Translations under genes and position numbers: made by a program | NCBI GenBank assembly: GCA_038321865.1 | Contig: JBBQFH010000033.1 | Location: 1-31,498 of the forward strand | Direction of reading: 5' to 3' | DNA: 31,498 nucleotides | Source of the DNA: Gemmatimonadales bacterium | GTDB lineage: Bacteria; Gemmatimonadota; Gemmatimonadetes; Gemmatimonadales; GWC2-71-9 | In this document: positions 9,529-18,293 of the stretch, piece by piece | Layout: each line of letters opens with the position of its first letter | Position numbering within the stretch: the stretch's first letter is position 1 | The notes under the pieces: model-generated | Database searches by the model: none | Seen by the model: the letters and a program-made list of their open reading frames with translations, nothing else | What the model was told of the DNA's origin: nothing

Positions 9529-12200
9529 TTCCTTAGCTTCGCCTTCAGCTCCTCCAGCCAGTTCTCCGCGACGACGAACGATCCGACTTCGTCCGGGCCG
9601 CCGCTGACGGCCCGGGCCATGAGGAACCGGCCGTCCCGCGCGACGTCCCACGGCGTGTAGTAGAGGTACTCGGCGCCGAGCAGCTCGTCCCGCACGTGGA
9701 AGAGCACCTGGGGATCACCCACGGTCGCGCCGGCCGTCACGCGCGCCGCCATCATGTTGTGATCGCCGCTCAGATAGAAGAGCTCCTTCCCGTCGCGGGA
9801 CCACAGCGGCGCCGCGCCGCCGCCGCTCGACACCTGCTGCTTGCCTTCGCTGGTATTGGGAAACGGCCGCACGAAGATTTCCGTGCGTCCCGTTTCATCC
9901 GACTGATACGCCAGCCACCGGCTGTCGGGCGACAGGGTCGGTGCCTCCTCGTCGAACTCGGTGGCGAGCACGGGTCTCGGCACCGTGTCCGTGCCGATCC
10001 TGAGGCCGGTGATGTTGCGGCCGCCGGCCACCTGCCCCAGCGAGCCCTGGCGCAGCACGATCCACCGGCTGTCCGGCGAGATGAAGGCTTCGTCCACTAC
10101 GCCCTTGAAGAGGAGGGAATCCGTGCCGGCGCCATCGGCCCGGTGAAGAAACACCCCGCCGACCGCGCGAACCCCCACGAACGAGATGAACCGGCTGTCC
10201 GACGTCCAGTGCGGCCGCATGTCGGACTGGGGATCGAAGGTCACGCGATACGCGGCGCCCCTCGGAAGCGGCTTGACCCAGATGTCGTCCCCCGCGCCCG
10301 TCGAGAGCCCGATCGCGACCCGCGAGCCGTCGGGAGCGAGCGACCAGCCATGATTGTTCGCGATCGCGGTGAGCCGGAAGGTCCAGCCGGTGTCCACCGG
10401 CGTCTCCCGTCCGGTCCGGTCCACCCAGACCAGTTCGAAGGTCCGGCCGGTCACGTTCCTCCCGCCGAGCGCCGTCGTCAGCGTGCCGGAACGCGAGATG
10501 TGGAAGAGACTGAGGCCGGCCGTGACGGCGAGCTGTTCACCCAGCGGAATCGGCGCGCCGGACACCGCGAGCCGGCCGAGGTCGAACGGGGCCGCGGTGA
10601 GCTCGCCTGCGTCGGTGCCGTATACCAGGTGTCCCGTCGGCAGGTACACCGATGAATTTCCGCCCACGACGAGCATGCGCGCGGTGTGTGGCTGCTTGAA
10701 ATCGGCAACCCAGACCTGGCTCACCGGGCACCCAGGGAGACAGGAGAGGAAGAGCACCCCTCGCCCGCCGGGAAGCGGGCTGGGCAGCATGGAGGCCATC
10801 GAGTCGGAACGCCACACGAGCGAGGGCGTGCCGCCATCGGCCGACACGCGCATGAGGGCTGCCGCGCCACGCAGACTGTAGACAATGGTGTTGTCGTCGA
10901 GCCACGCGACGCCGTATACACCGCCGACACTGTCGCTCACCAGCGGAACCGCGCTGCCACCGGCCGTGGGCAGTTTCTTGAGCTGGCCCAGCAAGGTGAA
11001 TGCGATCCACTTGCCGTCGGGCGAGATCGCAAAGCTTTGCGTGCCACCCGAGCCGGCGATTGCTGTCGCCGTGAAACTGTCCCGCCGTTTCATCCAGAGC
11101 TGATTGCCGCCGGGCCCCGGTCCGACATAGACCATGAACGAGCCATCCGGTGCCGGCGTGGGCGGCCCCGATCCGAGCACCGGTGCCTGGGCCGCCGGAA
11201 GCGCGAGGCCATAGCGAATGACCGCCGGCCGCGGCACGCTCAGCCGGCTCCAGACGAGCGCGGCGAGCAGCAGCACCGCGATCGCCGCCGTCGCCAGGAA
11301 GGCGCGCCGGAACCCGCGGCTCTCGCCACCCTGCACGCCGGCGGACGCGCTCTCCGACGTTCGAAAGCCCGGATCGGCCAGCGCCCTCGCGAACGCCCCG
11401 GCGGACTCGAATCGGTCGGCCGGAAGTTTCTCGACCGCCCTCGCGACGGCGGCGGCGACATTGGGCGGTACCGCCTTCCTGAGCTTCGTGACGGGGGCGG
11501 CCTCCTCCGTCACGATCTTCATGATGATTTGCTGGGCCGACGAGCCGGTGTGCGGCGGATCGCCGGTCAGCATTTCGTACAGCACGCTGCCGAGCGAGTA
11601 GATGTCGCTCCGGCCGGTGATCTCCTTGTCGGCGGTGGCCTGCTCGGGGCTCATGTAGTGCGGCGTGCCGAGCGACATGCCGGTCTCGGTCATCCGCCCG
11701 CCTGCCGCGGCAGAGAGCGCGAGCGCGATGCCGAAGTCGGCCACCATGGGCCGGCCGTCGTGCAGCAGGATGTTCTCCGGCTTGATATCCCGGTGGACCA
11801 CCCCCTGCCGATGCGCGTAGTCCAGCGCGTCAGCCACGTTGGTGGTGATCCGCACCGCCTCGTCGATGCCGAGCTGCGTCTCGCGATCGAGCTTGGCACG
11901 AAGAGTCTCGCCCTGGATGTAGGGCATCACGTAGTAGAGGAATCCGTCGGCGGTGCCCGAGTCGAAGAGCGGCAGAATATGCGGGTGCTGCAGCGCCGCG
12001 GTCGTCTTGATCTCCTGCACGAAGCGCTCGGCCCCGATCACGGCGGCGAGCTCGGGCTTCAGCACCTTCACCGCGACCTTGCGGTCGTGCTTCAGGTCGT
12101 GGGCCAGATAGACCGTGGCCATGCCGCCCCGGCCGAGCTCGCGCTCGAGACGGTAGCGGTCGCCCAGCGCCTCGGCGAGACGTGGGAAGGCATCGCTCAT
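9525..12200 (-). CDS. Membrane Ser/Thr protein kinase with TolB-like/PD40 beta-propeller (K2)
   Basis: MSDAFPRL...LGRGGMATVYLA, HRDIKPEN, DFG, GTPHYMSPE; TM segment; repeated SPDGxWIA/LAY repeats; ends ENWLEELK. ATG 12200 overlaps the previous stop (ATGA). Confidence 0.92.
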   Translation of the reverse strand: MSDAFPRLAEALGDRYRLERELGRGGMATVYLAHDLKHDRKVAVKVLKPELAAVIGAERFVQEIKTTAALQHPHILPLFDSGTADGFLYYVMPYIQGETLRAKLDRETQLGIDEAVRITTNVADALDYAHRQGVVHRDIKPENILLHDGRPMVADFGIALALSAAAGGRMTETGMSLGTPHYMSPEQATADKEITGRSDIYSLGSVLYEMLTGDPPHTGSSAQQIIMKIVTEEAAPVTKLRKAVPPNVAAAVARAVEKLPADRFESAGAFARALADPGFRTSESASAGVQGGESRGFRRAFLATAAIAVLLLAALVWSRLSVPRPAVIRYGLALPAAQAPVLGSGPPTPAPDGSFMVYVGPGPGGNQLWMKRRDSFTATAIAGSGGTQSFAISPDGKWIAFTLLGQLKKLPTAGGSAVPLVSDSVGGVYGVAWLDDNTIVYSLRGAAALMRVSADGGTPSLVWRSDSMASMLPSPLPGGRGVLFLSCLPGCPVSQVWVADFKQPHTARMLVVGGNSSVYLPTGHLVYGTDAGELTAAPFDLGRLAVSGAPIPLGEQLAVTAGLSLFHISRSGTLTTALGGRNVTGRTFELVWVDRTGRETPVDTGWTFRLTAIANNHGWSLAPDGSRVAIGLSTGAGDDIWVKPLPRGAAYRVTFDPQSDMRPHWTSDSRFISFVGVRAVGGVFLHRADGAGTDSLLFKGVVDEAFISPDSRWIVLRQGSLGQVAGGRNITGLRIGTDTVPRPVLATEFDEEAPTLSPDSRWLAYQSDETGRTEIFVRPFPNTSEGKQQVSSGGGAAPLWSRDGKELFYLSGDHNMMAARVTAGATVGDPQVLFHVRDELLGAEYLYYTPWDVARDGRFLMARAVSGGPDEVGSFVVAENWLEELKAKLRK

Positions 12201-14923
12201 CGTACCGCCATCCTCCGTTTGAGCTCGTCGAGAAAGTTGAAGACCACGACCACGCCAAAATCGGTGCCGGCCTCGCGCCGCTGCATCACGAACCCACGCC
12301 CGTCGGCCGAAGGCGCGTACTGCGTGTGGAACACCGTCGTGTGGAAGTTCGTCGCGTCGAACAGCGCGGCCGGTGCGCCCACGTGAAACGCTCCGCCTGC
12401 GATCACCGGCACGGCGATCATGCGCTGCGCATCGTCCACGAAGAAAAGCTCCCTTCCGTCCCTGCTCCACACCGGCGACTGGCCCCCCGTCGAGGAGATC
12501 TGGTAGCGCGCCTCCGCGGCATCGGGAAACGGCCGGACGTACACCTCGCGGCGGCCCGACTCGTTCGACGTGTACGCCAGCCATCGCCCATCCGGCGAGA
12601 TCTCCGGTGACATCTCCTCGGCCGGCGTCGCGACGAGGACGCGCGCCACCGAGTCGATGCCGGGACGGATCGCCAGGATGTCACCGCCGCCGGGCTCCTG
12701 ATTGTCGGTGCGGATGATGAGCCATTTCCCGTCGGGTGACCAGGTGTGGCCGCCGACCGCGCGGGGATCGCCGGTCGCCAGCCGGCGCACCGCGCCCTGG
12801 CCCCCCGCGGCGCGCTCGTAGAGCCGGAGCTTGAGCGAGCCGACGGCTTCGCGATCCGAGGTGTAGGAGATGTCGTTCGTGCCGGGACGCCAGCGCGGAC
12901 GGAGGTTAGAGGTGCCGTCGAAGGTGAGCCGGACCTTCGGACCCCCGCCGGCCGGCTCCAGCCAGAGCATCACCGTGCGGTCCTCGCCGCCGACCGCCTC
13001 CACCAGCCAGTCGCCGTCGGGCGAGACCGCCAGGCCATCGACGAGGTTGTACGCGTTTCCGTCACCCAGCGCCCGCCACACGCCGGCCCGATCCACGGTC
13101 ACGGTGTGGACGGTCCCCTCCCCGCCCGCCGTGTAGGCCAGCGTGCCCTTCGGGTCGAGCGCGAACTCCACGATCCCGGCCCCAATGCCCGAGCGGACCG
13201 CGACAGTATCGGGGAGGTCCCGCGGTGTCCCGCTCGGCCGAAGCGTTCCAAGGTCGAACGGAACCGCCTGAAGCACGCCGGTTGCCCGGGCGACGATCAG
13301 GTGCCCGGTCGGCGCGTAGATCGCCCGGATGCCCTGGAGGATCGTCTCCACCCGTCCCGTGGCGAAGGTGGCGATGCCGATCGAGGTGCGGGCCGGGTCG
13401 GTCGGTGCGTCCTTCCCGACGACAGTGACGATGGCGGCCCTTGCACCGGGCAGCAGGTGGGGCCAGAGAAAGAGCAGCTCGCCGCGCGCGGTATCCGGAC
13501 GCGCCAGCAGTTCCTTCGTCGCACGGGCGGGATCGATCCGCAGCAGCCCTTCCGGTCCCACCGCGTACAGCCGGCCATCCGCACCCCAGTCCAGTCCGCC
13601 GCCCAGATCGCTCACCGACGTGAGTCCGAGGTCGGGCAGCGTCGTCGGTACCCCGCCGGTCAGCGGCAGCAGATGCAGCCGGCGAGGCGATGAGAGATAG
13701 GCGACCGTGTCGCCCGACGGCGAGAAGGTGGCGCAACAGCTCTCCGCCTCGGACTGCGCGAGCCGCTGGGCGCCGAGTTGATCCCAGCGCCGAAGCCAGA
13801 GCTGGGTCAGACTGGTCGCGCCGGGGCCGCGGTAGATCAGCCCCGAGCCGTCGGGCGCGACGGCGAGGTTGGGGTACGGGTCGGTGCGAAGCTCCTGCCC
13901 GGCCCGGAACCGGAGCAGCACCCGGGCGACCGGAGCCGGCGCGCGCTCCGGCCGGAGCGCGCGCATGCCGAGCGCGCCCAGCAGGAGACCGGCGGCACCG
14001 ATCGCCAGGCCGAGGGCGACGCCGCGCGCGGTCCGGTGAGGGGGCGCCGCAGCGCGCGCGCCCGGCCGTGCTGCCCGCGTGCCGCTCGCCGCGGCCGATC
14101 CGTTCAGCGCCTCGGCAAAGGCGCGCGCGCTGTCGAAGCGGTCGGCCGGGAGCTTCTGCAGGGCCGTGTGCACCGCGTCGGCCACCGGCACCGGCACAGT
14201 CTTCCGCAGCGTCGTCACCTCGGCCGGCTCCGCCGTCATCACCTTCGCCACGATCGCCTGGGCGGTCGGCCCGGTGAACGGCGGCTCGCCCGTCAGCATC
14301 TCGTACGTCACGCACCCCAGCGCGTACACGTCGCTCCGCGCGTCCAGCTCGCGCTCCCCCATCGCCTGCTCGGGACTCATGTACTGCGGCGTCCCCAGCG
14401 ACATGCCGGTCTCGGTCATCCGGGTACCGGCCTTGCTCGCCGCCAGCGCGATGCCGAAGTCGGCGACGAGGGCGCTCCCGTCGTGCAGGAGAATGTTCTC
14501 CGGCTTGATATCGCGATGGATGACGCCGTGGCGGTGCGCGTAGTCCAGCGCGCCGGCGATCTCCGACGCGATCCGGACCGCCTCGCCGATCGGGAGCTGC
14601 TTCTCGCGGCTCATCCGGTCGCGGAGCGAGATCCCCTCGACGAACGGCATCGCGTAGAAGAGAAACCCGTCGGCGGCGCCGGAGTCGAACAGCGGCAGGA
14701 TGTGCGGGTGCTGCAGATTGGCGGTGGTCCTGATCTCGCTCAGGAAGCGGTCGGCGCCGATGACCGCGGCGAGCTCGGGGCGCAGCACCTTGATCGCGAT
14801 CTTCCGGTCGTGCCGGAGATCATGCGCGAGGTACACCGTCGCCATGCCGCCCTGCCCCAGCTCACGCTCGAGGCGGTAGCGATCGGCCAGGGCGTCGGCG
14901 AGGCGCTGGGGCGCGCCGGTCAC
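12197..14923 (-). CDS. Membrane Ser/Thr protein kinase with TolB-like/PD40 beta-propeller (K3)
   Basis: GTG start with GAGG upstream; LGQGGMATVYLA, HRDIKPEN, DFG, GTPQYMSPE; TM GVALGLAIGAAGLLLG; SPDG repeats. Confidence 0.92.
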   Translation of the reverse strand: MTGAPQRLADALADRYRLERELGQGGMATVYLAHDLRHDRKIAIKVLRPELAAVIGADRFLSEIRTTANLQHPHILPLFDSGAADGFLFYAMPFVEGISLRDRMSREKQLPIGEAVRIASEIAGALDYAHRHGVIHRDIKPENILLHDGSALVADFGIALAASKAGTRMTETGMSLGTPQYMSPEQAMGERELDARSDVYALGCVTYEMLTGEPPFTGPTAQAIVAKVMTAEPAEVTTLRKTVPVPVADAVHTALQKLPADRFDSARAFAEALNGSAAASGTRAARPGARAAAPPHRTARGVALGLAIGAAGLLLGALGMRALRPERAPAPVARVLLRFRAGQELRTDPYPNLAVAPDGSGLIYRGPGATSLTQLWLRRWDQLGAQRLAQSEAESCCATFSPSGDTVAYLSSPRRLHLLPLTGGVPTTLPDLGLTSVSDLGGGLDWGADGRLYAVGPEGLLRIDPARATKELLARPDTARGELLFLWPHLLPGARAAIVTVVGKDAPTDPARTSIGIATFATGRVETILQGIRAIYAPTGHLIVARATGVLQAVPFDLGTLRPSGTPRDLPDTVAVRSGIGAGIVEFALDPKGTLAYTAGGEGTVHTVTVDRAGVWRALGDGNAYNLVDGLAVSPDGDWLVEAVGGEDRTVMLWLEPAGGGPKVRLTFDGTSNLRPRWRPGTNDISYTSDREAVGSLKLRLYERAAGGQGAVRRLATGDPRAVGGHTWSPDGKWLIIRTDNQEPGGGDILAIRPGIDSVARVLVATPAEEMSPEISPDGRWLAYTSNESGRREVYVRPFPDAAEARYQISSTGGQSPVWSRDGRELFFVDDAQRMIAVPVIAGGAFHVGAPAALFDATNFHTTVFHTQYAPSADGRGFVMQRREAGTDFGVVVVFNFLDELKRRMAVR

Positions 14924-15014
14924 GCGAACGCCTCGACGGCGCCGGGATGCAGAGGGACGTATGGTCGCATCAGGATGCGGGGAGGATACCGTGTCTGGGG
15001 CGGTCCGGCCAGTG

Positions 15015-15653
15015 TCACCGCTTCTTCTTCGGCCGGTTCACCGTGCCCCACGCCGTCTCCTGCAGCAGCTCCGCCTCGGTGTCGGTCACCCGGGCCGCAT
15101 CACACTCGAGGCCGACCGGACTCTCCCCGAACAGCACCGCGAAGAAGACGCAGGCCGCGAGATATGTTCCCGCGGCTGACGGGTGGCTCTGATCCTTGTC
15201 GTGGAGCTCGGGCGTGTCGTAGTGCTTGCGGTACGCTTCCCAGGCAACTCCCACCGGCACCAGCACCGCGCCGGACTCCTTCGCGATCCCCGTGTACGCG
15301 TCGGTCAGCGCCTTCTGCGATGCGGGGGCGTTCTTGCGGGCCCACGTGAGGTAGAGCGCCGGCGTGGCACCCGATTCCCTGATGGGCTCGATGTAGAGGC
15401 GGACGTTTTCGTGGAAGCGGACCGGATTCCTGACGGGGAGTGTGCTCTGTTCCTGGAGGACGACGCAGTCGTGGCGGTGCTGCCGGATCGCCTCCAGCGC
15501 CGCGCCCTTGTTCCAGTGCGCCCGGAGCGACGCACCGCCGGCCGAGATCAGGTCGTGCTGGAGCTGGTGGCCGCGCGACGCGGCGAGCCGGGCGAGGAGG
15601 CCGGGCAGGTCGTTCCGGGCGGTGAAGCTGTTGCCGATGAAGAGAACGCGCAT
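15015..15653 (-). CDS. SGNH/GDSL-like hydrolase (DUF4886-like)
   Basis: 'RVLFIGNSFT' block I, 'VVLQEQS', C-terminal 'DQSHPSAAGTYLAA' DxxH motif. Confidence 0.85.
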   Translation of the reverse strand: MRVLFIGNSFTARNDLPGLLARLAASRGHQLQHDLISAGGASLRAHWNKGAALEAIRQHRHDCVVLQEQSTLPVRNPVRFHENVRLYIEPIRESGATPALYLTWARKNAPASQKALTDAYTGIAKESGAVLVPVGVAWEAYRKHYDTPELHDKDQSHPSAAGTYLAACVFFAVLFGESPVGLECDAARVTDTEAELLQETAWGTVNRPKKKR

Positions 15654-15657
15654 GCGA

Positions 15658-18291
15658 TCAACGCGATGCGATCAGCCGCTCGAACCGCGCGTTCCCCTTG
15701 AGCGACGCCCAGGTCGGATCGATCCGGAGCCACCCCGGCGAGAGGAAGTACGGCATCTTGAGCAGCGGCTCCAGCATGTCCAGCGCCTTGGCGGGCTCGC
15801 CGGTCATGAGGTAGATCCGCGCCATCAGCTGCTGGAAATAGGCTCCGTTGATCGCATCCCGGGCGAGGGGCACGAGCGTCACGCCCTGGAGCCCCTCGCT
15901 GATCGCTTCCGGCTTGCGGCCGAGATAGGCGAGCAGCAGCCCGCGAACGACGTGACGCTGCGCGTCCTTCGGCGCGGCGCGCAGTTGCTCTCTGATGGCC
16001 ACCTCTCCCGAATCGGCGTAGGCCCGGGCCTTCGCGTGATCGCCCCGGAGGTCGTACACCTCGGCGAGCACCGTGCCCCACGCACCCCGATCATCGTCGA
16101 AATTGGCCGGCGTGAGGGTCAGGAGCAACGCCTGGTGCGGCTCGTCCAACACCCAGTACAAGTCCCAGTAGTTCGCGAAGTACGCCGCGAGCGCCGCCGG
16201 CTGCACCGCCGGCGAGATCTGCCGGATGACGTCCCGCGCGGCCGGCAGGTTCCCCTGCCCCACGTAGGCCATCGCCTTGTCCTCGCTCACGCCCAGGTCC
16301 CCCGGCGCGAGCGCGAGTGCTTCATCGCTCGCCGCGAGCGCCTCGGGGTAGCGGCGCAGCCAGACCAGCGTGTTCTGCAGCTGGTCGAGTACCCGCACCG
16401 ACCGGGGGTCGATCCGCCTCGCCTGCTGCAGATGTTCCACCGCCGCGGCGGCCTGCCCGCGGCTCTGCTCGATGCGGGCGGACATGACCAGCAGCTCCGC
16501 ATCGTTGGGCTCCGCCTGGAGCCCGGACGCCACGTGCTCGCCAGCCCGGACCGGATCCCGTTCGACCGACAGGTAGTAATCCCCAAACGCCGCCTGGCCA
16601 CCGGATCCCGACGGGTCGAGCGTGAGTGCCCGTTCGGCCGCGGACCTGGCCCGGGTGGCGACGGCCGGATCCGGTACGCTGTTGCTGTACAGATCGCTGA
16701 GCGCCCGGCTCAGCTCCCCCCACGCCTCGGCAAACGTCGAGTCGAGCGAAACCGCCTGCCCCAGCAGGTCTGCCTTCCGGCGGAGCGCCGCCGGCTCGTC
16801 GGCGACGATCGCCCGCGCCTTGAGGAACGCATCGTAGGCGGCCAGACTCTTGGTGGGCCGCTCGGCGAGCTGCTGCTTCTGATCGGCGCCAAGCGCGAGG
16901 TCGAGCGCGCCCGCCACCTGCCCCGCGATGTCGGCCTGCACCTGGAACACATCGGTCGTCGCCGCCTCGAACCCGTCCTGCCAGCGCACCGTCGGCGTGC
17001 CGCCGCTCACCTGCACCAGCTCGGGGCTCACGCGGACGTGCGGCACCCCGTCGGCACCCGTCGCCCACCGCACCTTCGCGACCAGCAGATAGTCCACGCC
17101 AAGATCTGCGGCGATGGCGGACAGGGACTTGGTCGTGTGCTTGTACTCCTTCGAGCTGCCGCCGGCGATCACCCGGAGGCCGGGCAGCTTCGACAGCTTG
17201 CCCCGCACCTCGTCGGTGATGCCGTCGGCGAAGTACTCGTCATCCGGCTTGCCGAGATTCTCGAAGGGAAGGACGGCGACCAGCTTCGTCCCGGCCGGAC
17301 CGCTCTCGCCGTGGCGTTGCCGCCAGGCGAAGAGGGCGCCCGCTCCGATCGCGAAGCCGAGCACGAGCATCACCAGCGCGGGTGAAGGCCTGCGGCGCCT
17401 GCCCCCGGCGTCCGGGCGCATCGCGCCGGGTACGCTCATCGGCGTCGTCACCGCCGCGTCCGGCGCCGGGGCGAGGGCGCGCGCAAACTCCGCGGCGGTG
17501 GACCAGCGATCGGCCGGGACCACGGCCAGCGCCCGCATGATCGCGTGCTCCACCGGCTCGGGCACCGCGGGGCGGGTGCGCCGGATGGACGGGATCTCGC
17601 CACTGAAGCGCCTGGCGATCACTGCCTGCGCCGTCGGTCCCGTGAACGGCGCCTCACCGGCCAGCATCTCGTAGAGCACCGCCCCCAGACTGTAGATGTC
17701 GGTCCGTGCCGTCACATCGCGCTCGCCGCTCGCCTGCTCGGGGCTCATGTAGGCCGGGGTCCCGATCGCGAGACCGGTCTCGGTCAACTGCGTCTCACTG
17801 CCGCCCAGCGAGCGCGCGATGCCGAAATCGGCGACCAGCGTGCTGCCGTCCCGGGTGAGCAGCAGGTTCTCCGGCTTGATGTCGCGGTGCACCACGCCGT
17901 GCTCATGGGCGTAGCCGAGGGCCAGCGCCGCCTCGCGCGCGATCCGGAGGGCGTCCTCCACCGGCAGCTGCCGCTCGCGCGTGAGCCGGTCGCGAAGACT
18001 CTCCCCCTCCACGTACGGCATGGTGAACCAGAGGAGGCCGGCCGTCTCGCCCGAATCGAAAACCGTGAGGATGTGGGGGTGCTGCAGGCGGGCGGCAAGG
18101 CGGATCTCGCGCTGAAAGCGCTCGGGACCGAGGGCGTGGGCCAGGTCGGCGTGCAGGACCTTGAGGGCGACCGGGCGGTCGTGCCGCAGGTCGTGCGCGA
18201 GGAAGACGGTGGCCATGCCGCCGTGCCCCAGCTCGCGCTCGATCGTGTACCCCTCGAGCGACGCGGCCAGGATGCTCCGCAGATCGGCCAT
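15658..18291 (-). CDS. Membrane Ser/Thr protein kinase, kinase-TM-TolB_N-like-TPR (K4)
   Basis: MADLRS...LGHGGMATVFLA, HRDIKPEN, DFG; TM; VAVLPFENL; TPRs; paralog of K1 and K5. Confidence 0.92.
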   Translation of the reverse strand: MADLRSILAASLEGYTIERELGHGGMATVFLAHDLRHDRPVALKVLHADLAHALGPERFQREIRLAARLQHPHILTVFDSGETAGLLWFTMPYVEGESLRDRLTRERQLPVEDALRIAREAALALGYAHEHGVVHRDIKPENLLLTRDGSTLVADFGIARSLGGSETQLTETGLAIGTPAYMSPEQASGERDVTARTDIYSLGAVLYEMLAGEAPFTGPTAQAVIARRFSGEIPSIRRTRPAVPEPVEHAIMRALAVVPADRWSTAAEFARALAPAPDAAVTTPMSVPGAMRPDAGGRRRRPSPALVMLVLGFAIGAGALFAWRQRHGESGPAGTKLVAVLPFENLGKPDDEYFADGITDEVRGKLSKLPGLRVIAGGSSKEYKHTTKSLSAIAADLGVDYLLVAKVRWATGADGVPHVRVSPELVQVSGGTPTVRWQDGFEAATTDVFQVQADIAGQVAGALDLALGADQKQQLAERPTKSLAAYDAFLKARAIVADEPAALRRKADLLGQAVSLDSTFAEAWGELSRALSDLYSNSVPDPAVATRARSAAERALTLDPSGSGGQAAFGDYYLSVERDPVRAGEHVASGLQAEPNDAELLVMSARIEQSRGQAAAAVEHLQQARRIDPRSVRVLDQLQNTLVWLRRYPEALAASDEALALAPGDLGVSEDKAMAYVGQGNLPAARDVIRQISPAVQPAALAAYFANYWDLYWVLDEPHQALLLTLTPANFDDDRGAWGTVLAEVYDLRGDHAKARAYADSGEVAIREQLRAAPKDAQRHVVRGLLLAYLGRKPEAISEGLQGVTLVPLARDAINGAYFQQLMARIYLMTGEPAKALDMLEPLLKMPYFLSPGWLRIDPTWASLKGNARFERLIASR

Positions 18292-18293
18292 GC

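Noticed and set aside
12201..12584. N-terminal extensions given by the ORF track (K2 from 12584; also 9651, 21841, 22461, 23635, 29143, 335)
   Set aside because: They overlap neighbouring genes or the repeat array. Downstream starts with SD sequences or ATGA/GTGA coupling fit better.
2962..16770. Diversity-generating retroelement TR/VR pair suggested by the identical blocks in K1 and K4
   Set aside because: No reverse transcriptase in the window. Both copies lie inside full-length paralogous ORFs, and the differences are not restricted to adenines.
15442..17385. Long plus-strand ORFs antisense to the kinases (also 3398..4366, 4694..6220, 7484..8923, 10686..12386, 13778..15349)
   Set aside because: Shadow ORFs expected from high GC3 codon bias; no recognisable motifs, and they fully overlap well-supported minus-strand genes.
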